Shown here one piece after another: positions 16,801 to 25,723 of a stretch of 64,000 nt of DNA. Below the pieces are notes generated by a model. The model had not been told where the DNA came from. It saw nothing but the letters and a program-made list of their open reading frames with translations, and searched no databases. How positions within the stretch are numbered: position 1 is the stretch's first letter; each line of letters begins with the position of its first letter. The translations under genes and the position numbers were made by a program. Source of the DNA: a virus. The stretch is taken from IMG/VR virus record IMGVR_UViG_3300020176_000011, positions 16,085 through 80,084 of that record; one strand, written 5' to 3'.

Positions 16801-19417
16801 GAGTATCGACCTGCTTCGTGTTCGCCTGAGTTGCCTCGTTCGTCTTCTGCTTCAGCTTCTCCATCGCATCGGAGAACTTGTTGGCGTTGCGAGCATTCAT
16901 CTCCATGATCAGGGAGACAGCTTCAAAGCCGATGAAGGCAAGAGCAAGCGGACCCACGCCACGCATCAGGCTCATAGCACTGCTGAAACGACCAGCAGCG
17001 GCGGTGGTCCGACCGATGGCGGCTCCAAAGACATCCGTCTGCACAGCAGCCGCTCGGCTGGCCGTCGTGTAGGTCAGCAGAGCAGCACTGACGGAACCGA
17101 TCACCGGTAGGAGTCGAGCAAACTGAGTGGCCAGAATGTAGACGACCGCAGTACCACCAACCGTCGTACCGAGCGACACGATGGTCTGGATCAAACCACC
17201 GAACGACGAGATGAGGTCAGCCGTCGTGTTCATGACGGCGACGGCCTTCGGCTTGAAGTCCTCGCCCATCTTGTCGGCCATGATGCCGAAGTTCGCCTTC
17301 ACTCGATCAGAGGCCGCCGCGATGCTGTCCATCGCCACTCGGCTGCCAGTCATGGCCGCTTGGCTGGTGATGTTGGCCTGTGTCAGCTGCTGGAGTCCGT
17401 CCACCTGGCTCAGCAGACCGAGGTACGCACGAGCGCCACGAAGCTCCAGACCCTCGAACGCCTGAGAGGCACCGAAGCCAGCGTTGGCCATCTTCTCCAA
17501 GGTCGGCGTCAGACCCTTGCTACGGATGTCCACGTCGGCGATGGTCAGACCAACGTTGCCGAGAACTTCCTTCAGCTTCTCAGTCGGGTTGAGCAGATCG
17601 GAGATCAGCTGGGTAACGCCGGTACCGAGCGTCGACCCCGACCGAACACCAGTGTTGGACAGAGCGGACAGGACACCAGTCAGTTCCGCGAACGACACAT
17701 TCGCCTGTGCGGCGGTGTTACCGGAATACTGGATGCCGAGAGCCAGCTTCTCCATGTCGAGCTTGGAGGTGTTCAGCGCGCCAGCCATGATATTGACGAT
17801 CTGACCAGTCTCTTCGGCCCGATAGTTGAACGCACCCAGCACCGAGGTCACGACGTCGACCGAGGTTTTCAGCTCAGACCCAGTAGCCTGCGCCAGCATC
17901 GTGATCGGCTTGAGAGCCGCTCCGATCTGCTGCGTGGACAGACCAGCTTGGGCCAGTACGACTGCGGCCTGCGTCACTGCCGTGGCGGTGTAGCGCGAAC
18001 CTTCGGCGACGCCGATGATGACCTCCTTGAGGTCTTTCATCTCACCCTTGGTCGAACCACTGATGGCCTGCAACTGATGCAGAGCCTCATCGAACTCGAC
18101 GACCGACCGAACGCCGTAGCTGATTGCGCCGAAGAAGCTCGTCAGTACCTTGTAGTTCAGCATCAGACGAGACTGGATCTCAAGCAGGAACTGACCACCG
18201 TCTCCGAACAGACGAAGGCGCTGGATGTCCTGCTGCGACTTGGCAACCGCAGCTTGATAGGCGTTCTGTGCTTCGGCGGCAGCGCGCGACAGTTCAGCCG
18301 TCTTGCTGGGATCGAAGTTGTTCTGCTGGTTGCGACGAGCAGTGATCAGCGCGATCTTTGCATCGGCCACAGCAGCGGCAGCCGTCGAGATCTCAACCTT
18401 CTTATCGGACAGCTTCTGATAGTAGTCCTTGAGGTTCTGCATCGCCTTGGCATCATCGGGCAGCTTCGTGATGCCAGTGGTCTGCTCAATCGTCTCCTGC
18501 GTGCTGATGCGGGCAGCACGATAGATATGGTTCTTCGCCAGATATGCGGCGACCTTATCGCGCGACTTCTGGATGATTTCAGCCTGCTTCTGCGCCAAGT
18601 TGTCGTAGAAGACACGCATGTTCGCCATCGTCTTGTCGACGTCGGGACGAACGAGGCCAGTCGTCTGTTCGATAGTCTCCTGCACACTCAGACGCGCGGC
18701 CGGGATGATCGAACGTCGAACGGCAGCCATGGCGCGCCGATTGGCGGCAGCCTCAGCATTGGCAGCGAGACGCTCTTGCTTCTGCATCTCGGCACTCTGC
18801 TTTTCGAGCATCGCCTGAGTAGCAGCCAGCAGTTGCAGTTCACGGCTTCGCTTGCTGACCAGCTTGTCCAGCGAGCCATCAGCGTTGCGGGCATTCTGTT
18901 CCTCAGCCGCAGCCAGCAGCATCTCAGCGGCACGAATGCGGGTCTTCAGCTCGAGCCGCTTCTGATCACTCGGATCGGGGCCGAGGTTGCTCACAAAGCG
19001 ACGAGCGCCCTTGTTCTCACTCTCAAGGAACTTGAGCAGGGTCGAATTCTTGATCTGGCGCTCGGCATCCTTGAAGGTGTTGAGCGTGGCATCGGAAAGC
19101 TGACGTCCGAACGACGTCATGTTGGCCTTGATGCTCTTCGTCATTCCGTCGACGAGCGCCTTGGTGATCGAGGCACCAGGGTTCTCGTTCTGGACGAGGG
19201 TCACCAGATTGCGGAAGTTGGCCAGCAGCTCCTTCTGAGTCTTGTCGAAGTTGCTGCTGGTAACGATGCCGACCTTCGTATCACGAAGGAGTTCCATCTG
19301 CGTGCGCAGAGTGGTCGTCGCCTTGATGATGGAGTCCAGCTTCTTCTGCAGCTTCTCCATCTCGGCGACGGGCTGGTTCAGATTGGCCTCAATACCGATC
19401 TCTTTGTCATCAGCCAT
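13835..19417 (-). CDS. Tape measure protein (TP901-like core)
   Basis: About 1860 aa, helical, Ala/Gln/Lys-rich; FDEALHQLQAISG...LAQAG...LAQATG core; C-terminal DMVPATLMPGEYVLR; start 19417 or 19426. Confidence 0.93.
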   Translation of the reverse strand: MADDKEIGIEANLNQPVAEMEKLQKKLDSIIKATTTLRTQMELLRDTKVGIVTSSNFDKTQKELLANFRNLVTLVQNENPGASITKALVDGMTKSIKANMTSFGRQLSDATLNTFKDAERQIKNSTLLKFLESENKGARRFVSNLGPDPSDQKRLELKTRIRAAEMLLAAAEEQNARNADGSLDKLVSKRSRELQLLAATQAMLEKQSAEMQKQERLAANAEAAANRRAMAAVRRSIIPAARLSVQETIEQTTGLVRPDVDKTMANMRVFYDNLAQKQAEIIQKSRDKVAAYLAKNHIYRAARISTQETIEQTTGITKLPDDAKAMQNLKDYYQKLSDKKVEISTAAAAVADAKIALITARRNQQNNFDPSKTAELSRAAAEAQNAYQAAVAKSQQDIQRLRLFGDGGQFLLEIQSRLMLNYKVLTSFFGAISYGVRSVVEFDEALHQLQAISGSTKGEMKDLKEVIIGVAEGSRYTATAVTQAAVVLAQAGLSTQQIGAALKPITMLAQATGSELKTSVDVVTSVLGAFNYRAEETGQIVNIMAGALNTSKLDMEKLALGIQYSGNTAAQANVSFAELTGVLSALSNTGVRSGSTLGTGVTQLISDLLNPTEKLKEVLGNVGLTIADVDIRSKGLTPTLEKMANAGFGASQAFEGLELRGARAYLGLLSQVDGLQQLTQANITSQAAMTGSRVAMDSIAAASDRVKANFGIMADKMGEDFKPKAVAVMNTTADLISSFGGLIQTIVSLGTTVGGTAVVYILATQFARLLPVIGSVSAALLTYTTASRAAAVQTDVFGAAIGRTTAAAGRFSSAMSLMRGVGPLALAFIGFEAVSLIMEMNARNANKFSDAMEKLKQKTNEATQANTKQVDTQMAIDKAINDLLSKYSSLNENSGALATETLNLKTRFADLGLELPKTVTNVNELVSALEKLRSTSRGLQTLSLNDKIGALKAEREAFEKRAAELSSENSLNTLIQNDSKTPAAVRREMSRQFQMNRFKEGSQDSQARGALDNIKGVMPETKSLMDSMIGNDLDKTIAQIAKAQDAIDRLKKLKDSDVANPGDTFTNEDNRNLGNLILKRAREWAANELEKRSKGRDLESTTGQRDELIELQKTIYSTMENAVNASRVHITEMRDKLKSAPVGEKKGIADEMQKEVNEVRNFIDGMFQQYLSTLSGEQKRVAELAYKKNIERGMNETTGLVTGDLNTAREEVDKVQKARLQSEMKTIQVQIETEKRRAKQYSDVGRIEQSNQELERLQAKYYETKEKLFQKDRDALKTAQQADEKKDLIVQQEAELEADRAKFAEEAFERRKKASQDIIRMELETSKVMIDSIHAQINSNMSALTGMLGRTMSKEQREKIFDQIATLTEQLISMQIRMIIASFTASGQNLDDPEIIKQMQGQMDAVTTSGREALKGFRNRIDAKGMSAGQEELSREMKQMLADFQVELKKLAQNFRQIEKAFANANQEAENIQFRFDQSVKAYDAPVNRNSFTTAYKEVDQFEKAANVENAVRQLKIEAAQTLLVNQQMGLQKAEELVAALTKEKAALEGVAGGNTVNSNALAAIKQQLQSADGEMEKYRQQIDSTATSLQKLKIEQDAQTQPKPKPTFFEQLSTGVKAWEIQNKLFQDGLTQIAERVPQMLNTVSSGFTDAFMSLIDGTKSVGQAFGDMARSVIRSLLQMMVQMVAMMALKMAMRFLLPGFGSMMSGGGSVTTGDGVGSGTGETYKSGGSVRRKRFAGGGQNRDMVPATLMPGEYVLRRAAARAIGRRTLDEINSLGNRRISEPMSAVGDFGNEMADQRTADRMQKKDGEQNVTNVWIVPQGQQPPPPSAKDIIAIVNSDIVRGGQTRVLIKSVVNGRG

Positions 19418-19865
19418 CTGTACCACCCGTCATGGTCGCTTTGGCGTGGCTCATAAACTTCATGATGGTAGACTCGGACGGAGGGGGCTTCTTCATCATC
19501 TCCTGCATTTCTTGAGGAGACACCCCTTCCGACTTGTTCCCACCGAGAGCTGCAGCCAAGATCAAAGCGAAATTCTGAAAGTCCTGCAGCACTTTAACCT
19601 GTTCGTACTGCACTCTCAACTGAACCTTGTGACGTAGGTCGAACCACGTCTTCCGTTCGTAGAGGTCGTCGATCTCACTAGGTGAGATGTCGAAGGCCAG
19701 ACAGATGCTATCCGTCCAGGTTAGCTGGCTGAGCCAGTGGTCAACGACGTCTGGACTTCCTGCAGTGCCCGCGTCTTGTCGCCCATTTTGTCGACCGTGG
19801 CCAGCATACCCTCCATCAGCGGCTCGGAACTCTCGTTGAAGTTCGAGCCCAGCTTGATGAAAAAA
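19410..19865 (-). CDS. Tail chaperone GT extension reached by -1 frameshift
   Basis: Open -1 frame from slippery T-TTT-TTC (19865-19859) to the stop at 19410, directly upstream of the tape measure gene. Confidence 0.7.
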   Translation of the reverse strand, partial: FFHQAGLELQREFRAADGGYAGHGRQNGRQDAGTAGSPDVVDHWLSQLTWTDSICLAFDISPSEIDDLYERKTWFDLRHKVQLRVQYEQVKVLQDFQNFALILAAALGGNKSEGVSPQEMQEMMKKPPPSESTIMKFMSHAKATMTGGTDG

Positions 19866-20161
19866 TCGAGGATATGGGTTCCCGCCCAAGCGAGGATCTT
19901 GGACACCTCTTCCGGAGTGATCTCCAGTTCGTCGATCTCGATCTGGTTCTTCTTCGTCGACAGAAGCTGGACCAGCATCTGCTCGGCGATCTCGGGCTCC
20001 TCGATCATGCGGCCGACGTCGTTCATGTTGCCGATGAGCTTGCAGAGACGATTGAGTCGGCCGAACGTCATCACGACGGTCTGGGTCTTGTCGCCGATCT
20101 TCAGGTCGAAGCTCGGGGCGAGTTCGGACTGAATGAGGGTGGGCTTGGGCGCGTCGGACAT
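19721..20161 (-). CDS. Tail assembly chaperone G
   Basis: Between tail tube and tape measure; AAGGAG RBS; contains the slippery heptamer. Confidence 0.8.
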   Translation of the reverse strand: MSDAPKPTLIQSELAPSFDLKIGDKTQTVVMTFGRLNRLCKLIGNMNDVGRMIEEPEIAEQMLVQLLSTKKNQIEIDELEITPEEVSKILAWAGTHILDFFIKLGSNFNESSEPLMEGMLATVDKMGDKTRALQEVQTSLTTGSAS

Positions 20162-20178
20162 AGGGCTCTCCTTGAACC

Positions 20179-20212
20179 AAAAAGAATCGCCCCGGTTCTA
20201 ACCGGGGCGATC
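20179..20212 (-). terminator. Rho-independent terminator after the major tail gene
   Basis: ATCGCCCCGGTT/AACCGGGGCGAT stem followed by a T-tract on the minus strand. Confidence 0.8.
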
Positions 20213-20234
20213 TTCAATGGCAAGTCCGTTCTGC

Positions 20235-21008
20235 TTACGGCAGCAGGAGGATGCGCGACTGGTCGCCCGCGAACTGGGCGTAGTGCGGATCGCCCGGCAC
20301 CTGGTCGTAGATCGTCAGTTCGAACGGCAGGTTTCCGTAGTTGTCGGTCGTGAAGTTCAGATCCAGACCCTTCGTGACGCGGCACTTCGGGATCATGATC
20401 ATCGCCTCTTCACCACCGGCCAGGTTGCCGACGACCATCGCCGCGAGGTACGGCTGCTCGACCTTCTTGCCGACCGACACGGTGCCGAACTTCTTGACCA
20501 CCGCACCGGACGGCACGGTAATACCGGCCGGGGTGGCGCGGGTGACCGTGACGTTGAGGGCCGCGATGGACAGCACCTGGCGGACGAGGACCTGGTCATC
20601 CGAGCCGTACTGGATCAGGATGTAGTCGTTGGCGGCGAGGCCGGTGACCGACGTGCAGGGAATAACCGAGGCACCGGCCGCGACCGAACCGGTCGTGGTC
20701 GTCACGAGGCCGGTCGTGGTGATCGCCGAGCCGTCGAGGCCGAGCGCGAAGTTGAGGTTCTGGAGCGTGTACTCGTAGGCTTCGAAGGACGCCGTGACGG
20801 CGTTCTTGTTCATCACCGAGTAGACGACCGTGTTCTTCACGCCCTGCGTCAGCTCGACGTAGCCCGGTTCCATGTTGGTCTTGAAGTTCTTGACCAGACC
20901 GATGCCGTTGGCAGCGGGCGTGAAGTCGAACATCGTGGCCGGGGGACCGAGCATGACCGAGGCCGTGCCGAGCATGAAGCGCGAAGTCTTAGCGAGGCCG
21001 TTGGCCAT
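20235..21008 (-). CDS. Major tail tube protein
   Basis: 257 aa, strongly biased codons, GGAG RBS, followed by terminator and chaperones. Confidence 0.8.
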   Translation of the reverse strand: MANGLAKTSRFMLGTASVMLGPPATMFDFTPAANGIGLVKNFKTNMEPGYVELTQGVKNTVVYSVMNKNAVTASFEAYEYTLQNLNFALGLDGSAITTTGLVTTTTGSVAAGASVIPCTSVTGLAANDYILIQYGSDDQVLVRQVLSIAALNVTVTRATPAGITVPSGAVVKKFGTVSVGKKVEQPYLAAMVVGNLAGGEEAMIMIPKCRVTKGLDLNFTTDNYGNLPFELTIYDQVPGDPHYAQFAGDQSRILLLP

Positions 21009-21100
21009 GGGAATCTCCTGTAACTTTCCAAAGAAGGTTCTTGCGTTATCCGATGGTTCGACAGATAAGACAAGAGATTTTTTCTGAACCGGAGTGAACC

Positions 21101-21349
21101 ATGAAAACGAAGGATATGGTGGCCATGACCGTCCGGATGCCGCCGGACTTTGCCGACCAGATCACGACCCGCGCCAGGCTCACTCGACGGAGCCGAAGCG
21201 CAGAGCTGATCCATCTGGCCAGTCAGACCCTCGACCGACAGGCTGCCGTCCTCAAGGCTGAGCAGCAGCGCGTGACGGAGCGTAACCAAGGGATACTGCA
21301 AGATATTGGTACGACCGAACCTCAGTTGTCACTAGGGGAAGAGCAGTAG
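21101..21349 (+). CDS. Arc/MetJ-like ribbon-helix-helix regulator, antisense to the late operon
   Basis: MTVRMPPDFADQITTRARLTRRSRSAELI matches the Arc-family pattern; GGAG RBS. Confidence 0.8.
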   Translation: MKTKDMVAMTVRMPPDFADQITTRARLTRRSRSAELIHLASQTLDRQAAVLKAEQQRVTERNQGILQDIGTTEPQLSLGEEQ

Positions 21350-21719
21350 TCCCCTTCATGAATTTCATCTGACCCAGGAGATTGCCCGTCTCCGCGTCGA
21401 GCAGCTCGACCATCTTGCCGGTCAAACAGGCGTTGAACAGCACGTTGGTCAAGCTGCGAAGATGAAACAGGTTCTGATCACCCACAGTCGATAGACCGAT
21501 CCTTGCAGCGACAGTGAAGTTTCCTTCCTCGTCGGTGATCGAGTAGTCCTCCAGGCCCATGATGTCGAGCAGGTTTGACAGTTCCTTCTCGTCGGCGATG
21601 CCGTCGAAGTCGACGACGGTCGGCTGCGCACGACCCGAGGCCGTGAACACCGGATCGTTCGTGATGACCTTGCCGATGAAGCGGATGAGCGAGGCCTTGC
21701 AGTCTTGATACGGGTTCAT
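21252..21719 (-). CDS. Putative tail terminator
   Basis: Synteny immediately upstream of the tail tube gene. Confidence 0.5.
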   Translation of the reverse strand: MNPYQDCKASLIRFIGKVITNDPVFTASGRAQPTVVDFDGIADEKELSNLLDIMGLEDYSITDEEGNFTVAARIGLSTVGDQNLFHLRSLTNVLFNACLTGKMVELLDAETGNLLGQMKFMKGTTALPLVTTEVRSYQYLAVSLGYAPSRAAAQP

Positions 21720-22306
21720 TTCAGTCTCCGAACGACGGACGGGGTGATGACGTACTTCACCCACCAGTTGAGGTAGGGCTCGACCAACGGTCGGGTGATC
21801 CGGCCCTTGAAGGCCGAGAGCTTCATGGACCGCTGGAAGGTACCACTGTTGATCTGCTCCAGCAGCTGAATTCCGCGCTTGTTGCGCATTGCGGGTGCGG
21901 GTTCGACGACCATGCGGAACGCCTCACCACGCTTCACGGCGCGCGGCAGCTTCACGAGAGTGACCTTGGGCTTGCCCAGCAGGCCACCCTTGGCCTGTCG
22001 GAGCGACGTCCGCAGCTTGCCACTGGCCTTGAAGAAGCCCGAGCCTGGGTACTTCTTCTCTTTCCACTTGGCGTAGTTGCGTTTGAGTGGCTTCCAGTTT
22101 GGGGTGAACTCTTGAAGCCCCGGCGGTCCGGCCACGTCGATCCCAGATCGGACCAGCGTCGAGAAGAAGGACGCATTGATGACGGCCACTTCCTGCTCGA
22201 TCTTGGCCTTGACCTTGTTGACGTAAACCGTCGTCGTGCGGAGGATCTTGGCCTCGACGTCACGAACGAACTTTTTGTAGGCTCCGAAGCTAACTGACCT
22301 CGCCAT
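21716..22306 (-). CDS. Putative neck/tail completion protein
   Basis: Basic protein; WKPLKRNYAKWK...SGKLRTSL resembles virion morphogenesis proteins; synteny. Confidence 0.55.
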   Translation of the reverse strand: MARSVSFGAYKKFVRDVEAKILRTTTVYVNKVKAKIEQEVAVINASFFSTLVRSGIDVAGPPGLQEFTPNWKPLKRNYAKWKEKKYPGSGFFKASGKLRTSLRQAKGGLLGKPKVTLVKLPRAVKRGEAFRMVVEPAPAMRNKRGIQLLEQINSGTFQRSMKLSAFKGRITRPLVEPYLNWWVKYVITPSVVRRLK

Positions 22307-22805
22307 AGGTGATCCCCTGAACCTTCTGGACAAACTTGACGACCTTGCCGTCGAGCATATCACCCAGCTGGAGATCGACACTCGTCAGGACCCGATACTT
22401 AGAGCCCGACTGGTTCTCGTTGTCACCCTGGAGCTGCATCAGCTCCCAGACCACCTCTATCGAGCCCAGCGCGCTCTTCTCGTAGGCTCGACTGAGTCCC
22501 GTGACCAGATCAGTCGACTTCACTTCTCGCGTCCACACGGCGGTGTGGGTGACCTCAGCAAGGCTGAAGACTCGAGTCATGTTCCGGGTCTTCTCGGCTC
22601 GGTCGATCAACAGGTACTTCCGCAGACCGTCCTTGATCACCATGCCGGGGCGCGCCGGGGAAGTGCTGCTGGTGAGCATCTGCCGACGCGGGAGGACGAA
22701 GTCGCGGATCGTCGCGTTGTCCTTGATGTCCATCATCTGACCTTCCAGCAGGAGGCCCGTGGTGGTTCGGATCGGTCGGAAGAAGGCTCGGGACGGAGCG
22801 CGCAT
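22290..22805 (-). CDS. Putative head closure protein
   Basis: Synteny and size. Confidence 0.5.
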   Translation of the reverse strand: MRAPSRAFFRPIRTTTGLLLEGQMMDIKDNATIRDFVLPRRQMLTSSTSPARPGMVIKDGLRKYLLIDRAEKTRNMTRVFSLAEVTHTAVWTREVKSTDLVTGLSRAYEKSALGSIEVVWELMQLQGDNENQSGSKYRVLTSVDLQLGDMLDGKVVKFVQKVQGITYGEVS

Positions 22806-22806
22806 T

Positions 22807-23514
22807 TTAGGCTCCGGTGATCGGATCGGTCGGGGTAGCCACGTCGAAGAAGAAGGCCGTGTCTTCGGTCACACCGAACAGGTCGGTTGCGCCGCCGACG
22901 ATCATGGCGTTGATCTTGGGCAGGAAGCTGTCGAGATCGAGCTTGGAGAAACGAGCGTACTTCTCTTGGTCGGACGACTCCGACTGCATCAGACGGATCT
23001 TGAGGACCTGGACGAGCGGCAGGGCGGCGAAGCCGAGGATCATGTCGTTGGCGATCCGCATGGTGCCGGTGTCGGACAGCGCCTGATCGAACTCCACCTT
23101 GTCGTAGGTGGCGACTGCCGTGTAGTAGGCGTCTTCGATCCGAATGAAGCTGTCGGGAAGCTCGTCGGCATTCACGCCGAAGAAGACCCGCACGTCGTCG
23201 GGTGTCACGCTGGTGTTGATCCAGGGTGCGACAAAATAGCTGATGGTGGTTTTGTAGGTGGCCCCGGCCACCTTGTAGCTCACGATCAGGGTGCGCTTCT
23301 CGCGCTCCGAGGCCGTGTTGGCAGTTCCGTCGACCTCGATCACCACGGTGTTCAGCCCGGCGTGGTCGATGGCCTTCGGATCCCAGCCCGTGACCAGAGC
23401 GCCGCTCTGGTCACGAAGCTGAGCCGTCACCGAGTTCGTGTCGGGGATGACGAGTTCATCTCCGACACGAAATTCGATAGGGAAAGACTGGGCATCCCCA
23501 CTGGTGACGTACAT
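22807..23514 (-). CDS. Putative head-tail adaptor
   Basis: Synteny; TAAGGAG RBS; VTPDDVRVFFGV motif. Confidence 0.55.
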   Translation of the reverse strand: MYVTSGDAQSFPIEFRVGDELVIPDTNSVTAQLRDQSGALVTGWDPKAIDHAGLNTVVIEVDGTANTASEREKRTLIVSYKVAGATYKTTISYFVAPWINTSVTPDDVRVFFGVNADELPDSFIRIEDAYYTAVATYDKVEFDQALSDTGTMRIANDMILGFAALPLVQVLKIRLMQSESSDQEKYARFSKLDLDSFLPKINAMIVGGATDLFGVTEDTAFFFDVATPTDPITGA

Positions 23515-23525
23515 GGTCCGACTCC

Positions 23526-23957
23526 TTACTTACGCGGAGCCTTGAGGATCTTCTCCTCCAGGGCAGCGACGAGCTTCTCCTGCTCGGCCAGCTCGTCCGC
23601 CGACGCCTTGCTGTCTTTCTCGCGCATGGCGAGCAGCTGGTTCTTGGCGTCGATCAGCTCCTGCTCCACGGTCGGAGCCTCCTCGACCTTCTTGCTCGGG
23701 TCGAACTTGTGCTGCTTGACGAAGCCCTCGACGGCCGAGTCGCGCTTCTTCTCGCCAGCGTCGGCGATGACCTTCTGCAGCATGGCGTCGGTGACGTTGT
23801 CGTTCACCCGGCCATGGATGGTCAGCTGACCGGCGTTCGCCTTGCTGTCCCAGAAGTGGTCGGCCGAGACGACGTTGACCTGATCGGCCTCGACGACCTC
23901 GCCCTTGACGCCGCCCCAGAGCATGAAATTGCCGGTGGTTTCCGCAACGAGCTTCAT
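23526..23957 (-). CDS. Hypothetical virion protein
   Basis: AGGAG RBS, biased codons, follows the capsid gene. Confidence 0.6.
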   Translation of the reverse strand: MKLVAETTGNFMLWGGVKGEVVEADQVNVVSADHFWDSKANAGQLTIHGRVNDNVTDAMLQKVIADAGEKKRDSAVEGFVKQHKFDPSKKVEEAPTVEQELIDAKNQLLAMREKDSKASADELAEQEKLVAALEEKILKAPRK

Positions 23958-23983
23958 AGAAGTCTCCTGATAGTGTGGTTGAG

Positions 23984-24026
23984 AAAGAGGAAAGGCCCAG
24001 CCACTTTCGTGGATGGGCCTTCCTTT
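23984..24026 (-). terminator. Terminator after the major capsid gene
   Basis: AAGGCCCA..CCAC/GTGG..TGGGCCTT stem with T-rich tail on the minus strand. Confidence 0.65.
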
Positions 24027-24043
24027 GTCCAGCTGAACTTCGC

Positions 24044-25228
24044 TTAGGCGGCGAAGTTCAGGATGGAGCGGGTGTCCGCGAACGCCAGCTTGTAGCCGGT
24101 GTTCTCGGTACGAACGTAGGTGATCACCTGGTTCTGGATCGACGCCTCGGACTCCGAGATGTTGGAACCGGCCTCGACCAGTTCCTCCAGCGTCTCGCCC
24201 TTGCTGATGCCGATCAGCTTGCCGGTCGGAGCCTGCGAGCTGATGGCGAAGGACACGTTCTGGTCGAAGCCGAACTTGGAGAAGTTGAACTTCGGACCGA
24301 TGCCGCGCTGCGCCGCGAAGTCCGCCACGTTCGGGCCGATGGCAGTCACCGGCATGAACAGGAAGAGGAACTCCAGGTAGGCAGCGAAGTTGCCGACCAC
24401 CGTGTCGACGGGCACGCCCGCCTGCGCGCGAGAGATCAGCCAGGACAGCATCGGCTTGTACTGCAGCTTGCCGGACTGGCCCGAGTCGTAGCCCGTGAGC
24501 GTCGACTGGGCGACCACCGGAGCAGCGGCATTCACGCCGTCGCCGTTGATCAGGATGCCGGTGGCAGCCGACATCTTGGACATCTCCAGCTCGCGCGCCA
24601 CGCGATTGGCGAACGGGGTCAGGATGTCCAGACGGACCCGACGATTGAACTCGTAGGTCGTCCGGTAGCCCGAACCGTGCTTGAAGATGCCGACCGAGGT
24701 CTGCGAGGTGCGCAGCGACCGGACCGGGATGCGAGCGCCTTCCGCGATGGTGTAGGTACCACGGTCGCCGCTGTCATCCAGCACCACGGTGCTGATCAGC
24801 TCGGTGCCGTTGATCGTGCGGCTGACCGCGACGATGTCGGACACCTTCTCGATGTTCTGCTGGCGGTTGTTCCAGCGGAGCATGTCGTCGATCACCTCGG
24901 GGAACATGGCGCGGGTGCCGGGGAAACGCTGGAACGTCTCGCCAGCGGCCTGCAGGATCACGCCCTCCTCGTAGGCATTCTTGAACGGCAGGTTGAGGTA
25001 GGCGAGAGCCGCCTCGTAGCCGTTCAGGCCGACGAACTTCTGGTCGCCCTCGTTCGGATTGATCGCGAGGGTGAGGTAGTCGCGGACGGACACGCCGAAC
25101 TCGGCGGCCGTCTTGACCAGGCGCTTGCCCGCTTCCTTCGAAGCCCCATCGGACTCCGCGCGCAGCGGATCGAGGATCGTGGCGGCCGATACCCGCTTGA
25201 TCTCGGTCAGTGAACGAATATCGGTCAT
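24044..25228 (-). CDS. Major capsid protein
   Basis: 394 aa, strongly biased codons, YTIAEGARIP...KHG motif, follows protease and decoration genes. Confidence 0.85.
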   Translation of the reverse strand: MTDIRSLTEIKRVSAATILDPLRAESDGASKEAGKRLVKTAAEFGVSVRDYLTLAINPNEGDQKFVGLNGYEAALAYLNLPFKNAYEEGVILQAAGETFQRFPGTRAMFPEVIDDMLRWNNRQQNIEKVSDIVAVSRTINGTELISTVVLDDSGDRGTYTIAEGARIPVRSLRTSQTSVGIFKHGSGYRTTYEFNRRVRLDILTPFANRVARELEMSKMSAATGILINGDGVNAAAPVVAQSTLTGYDSGQSGKLQYKPMLSWLISRAQAGVPVDTVVGNFAAYLEFLFLFMPVTAIGPNVADFAAQRGIGPKFNFSKFGFDQNVSFAISSQAPTGKLIGISKGETLEELVEAGSNISESEASIQNQVITYVRTENTGYKLAFADTRSILNFAA

Positions 25229-25270
25229 AACAATCTCCCTGAGAAAACGCTGTGCGTGTTGAGTTGAGGG

Positions 25271-25684
25271 TTACTGAACCTTGAGGGCGATGGCCTTGGT
25301 GCCGACCACCTCCATGACTCGCACGACCGGGACACCGGCCACGGGAGCCACGTTCTTGACTTCGCCGCTGCCCGCGCCGACGAGGGTCGAGCCGACCGCG
25401 ACGACGAAGGTCGACGTCAGGCCCGCCTTGATCGGCAGTTCATTGGCGAAGTGGAACGCTGCGGTACCGACCACGACACCTTCCTGGACGCGGTTCTCGA
25501 ACGTTTCGAGGCGCGCGTGGATGGGGTCGCCGTCACCGGCCAGCTTGAAGGTGTTGGCCGCCGTCGTATCCTGCGTGAGGGCCTTGCCCACATCCGCAGC
25601 CGTGACAGAACCGGAGAGGAGTACCGTGAACTGGTACGCCTCCATGAAGTAGCCCTTGAAAGTGACGCCCTGACCGATCGGCAT
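25271..25684 (-). CDS. Capsid decoration/cement protein
   Basis: Small Gly/Ala/Val-rich protein between scaffold and capsid; AGGAGG RBS. Confidence 0.65.
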   Translation of the reverse strand: MPIGQGVTFKGYFMEAYQFTVLLSGSVTAADVGKALTQDTTAANTFKLAGDGDPIHARLETFENRVQEGVVVGTAAFHFANELPIKAGLTSTFVVAVGSTLVGAGSGEVKNVAPVAGVPVVRVMEVVGTKAIALKVQ

Positions 25685-25723
25685 GGTAGCCTCCTATTTC
25701 GAGTGTTTGACTTGCTGCAGGAC

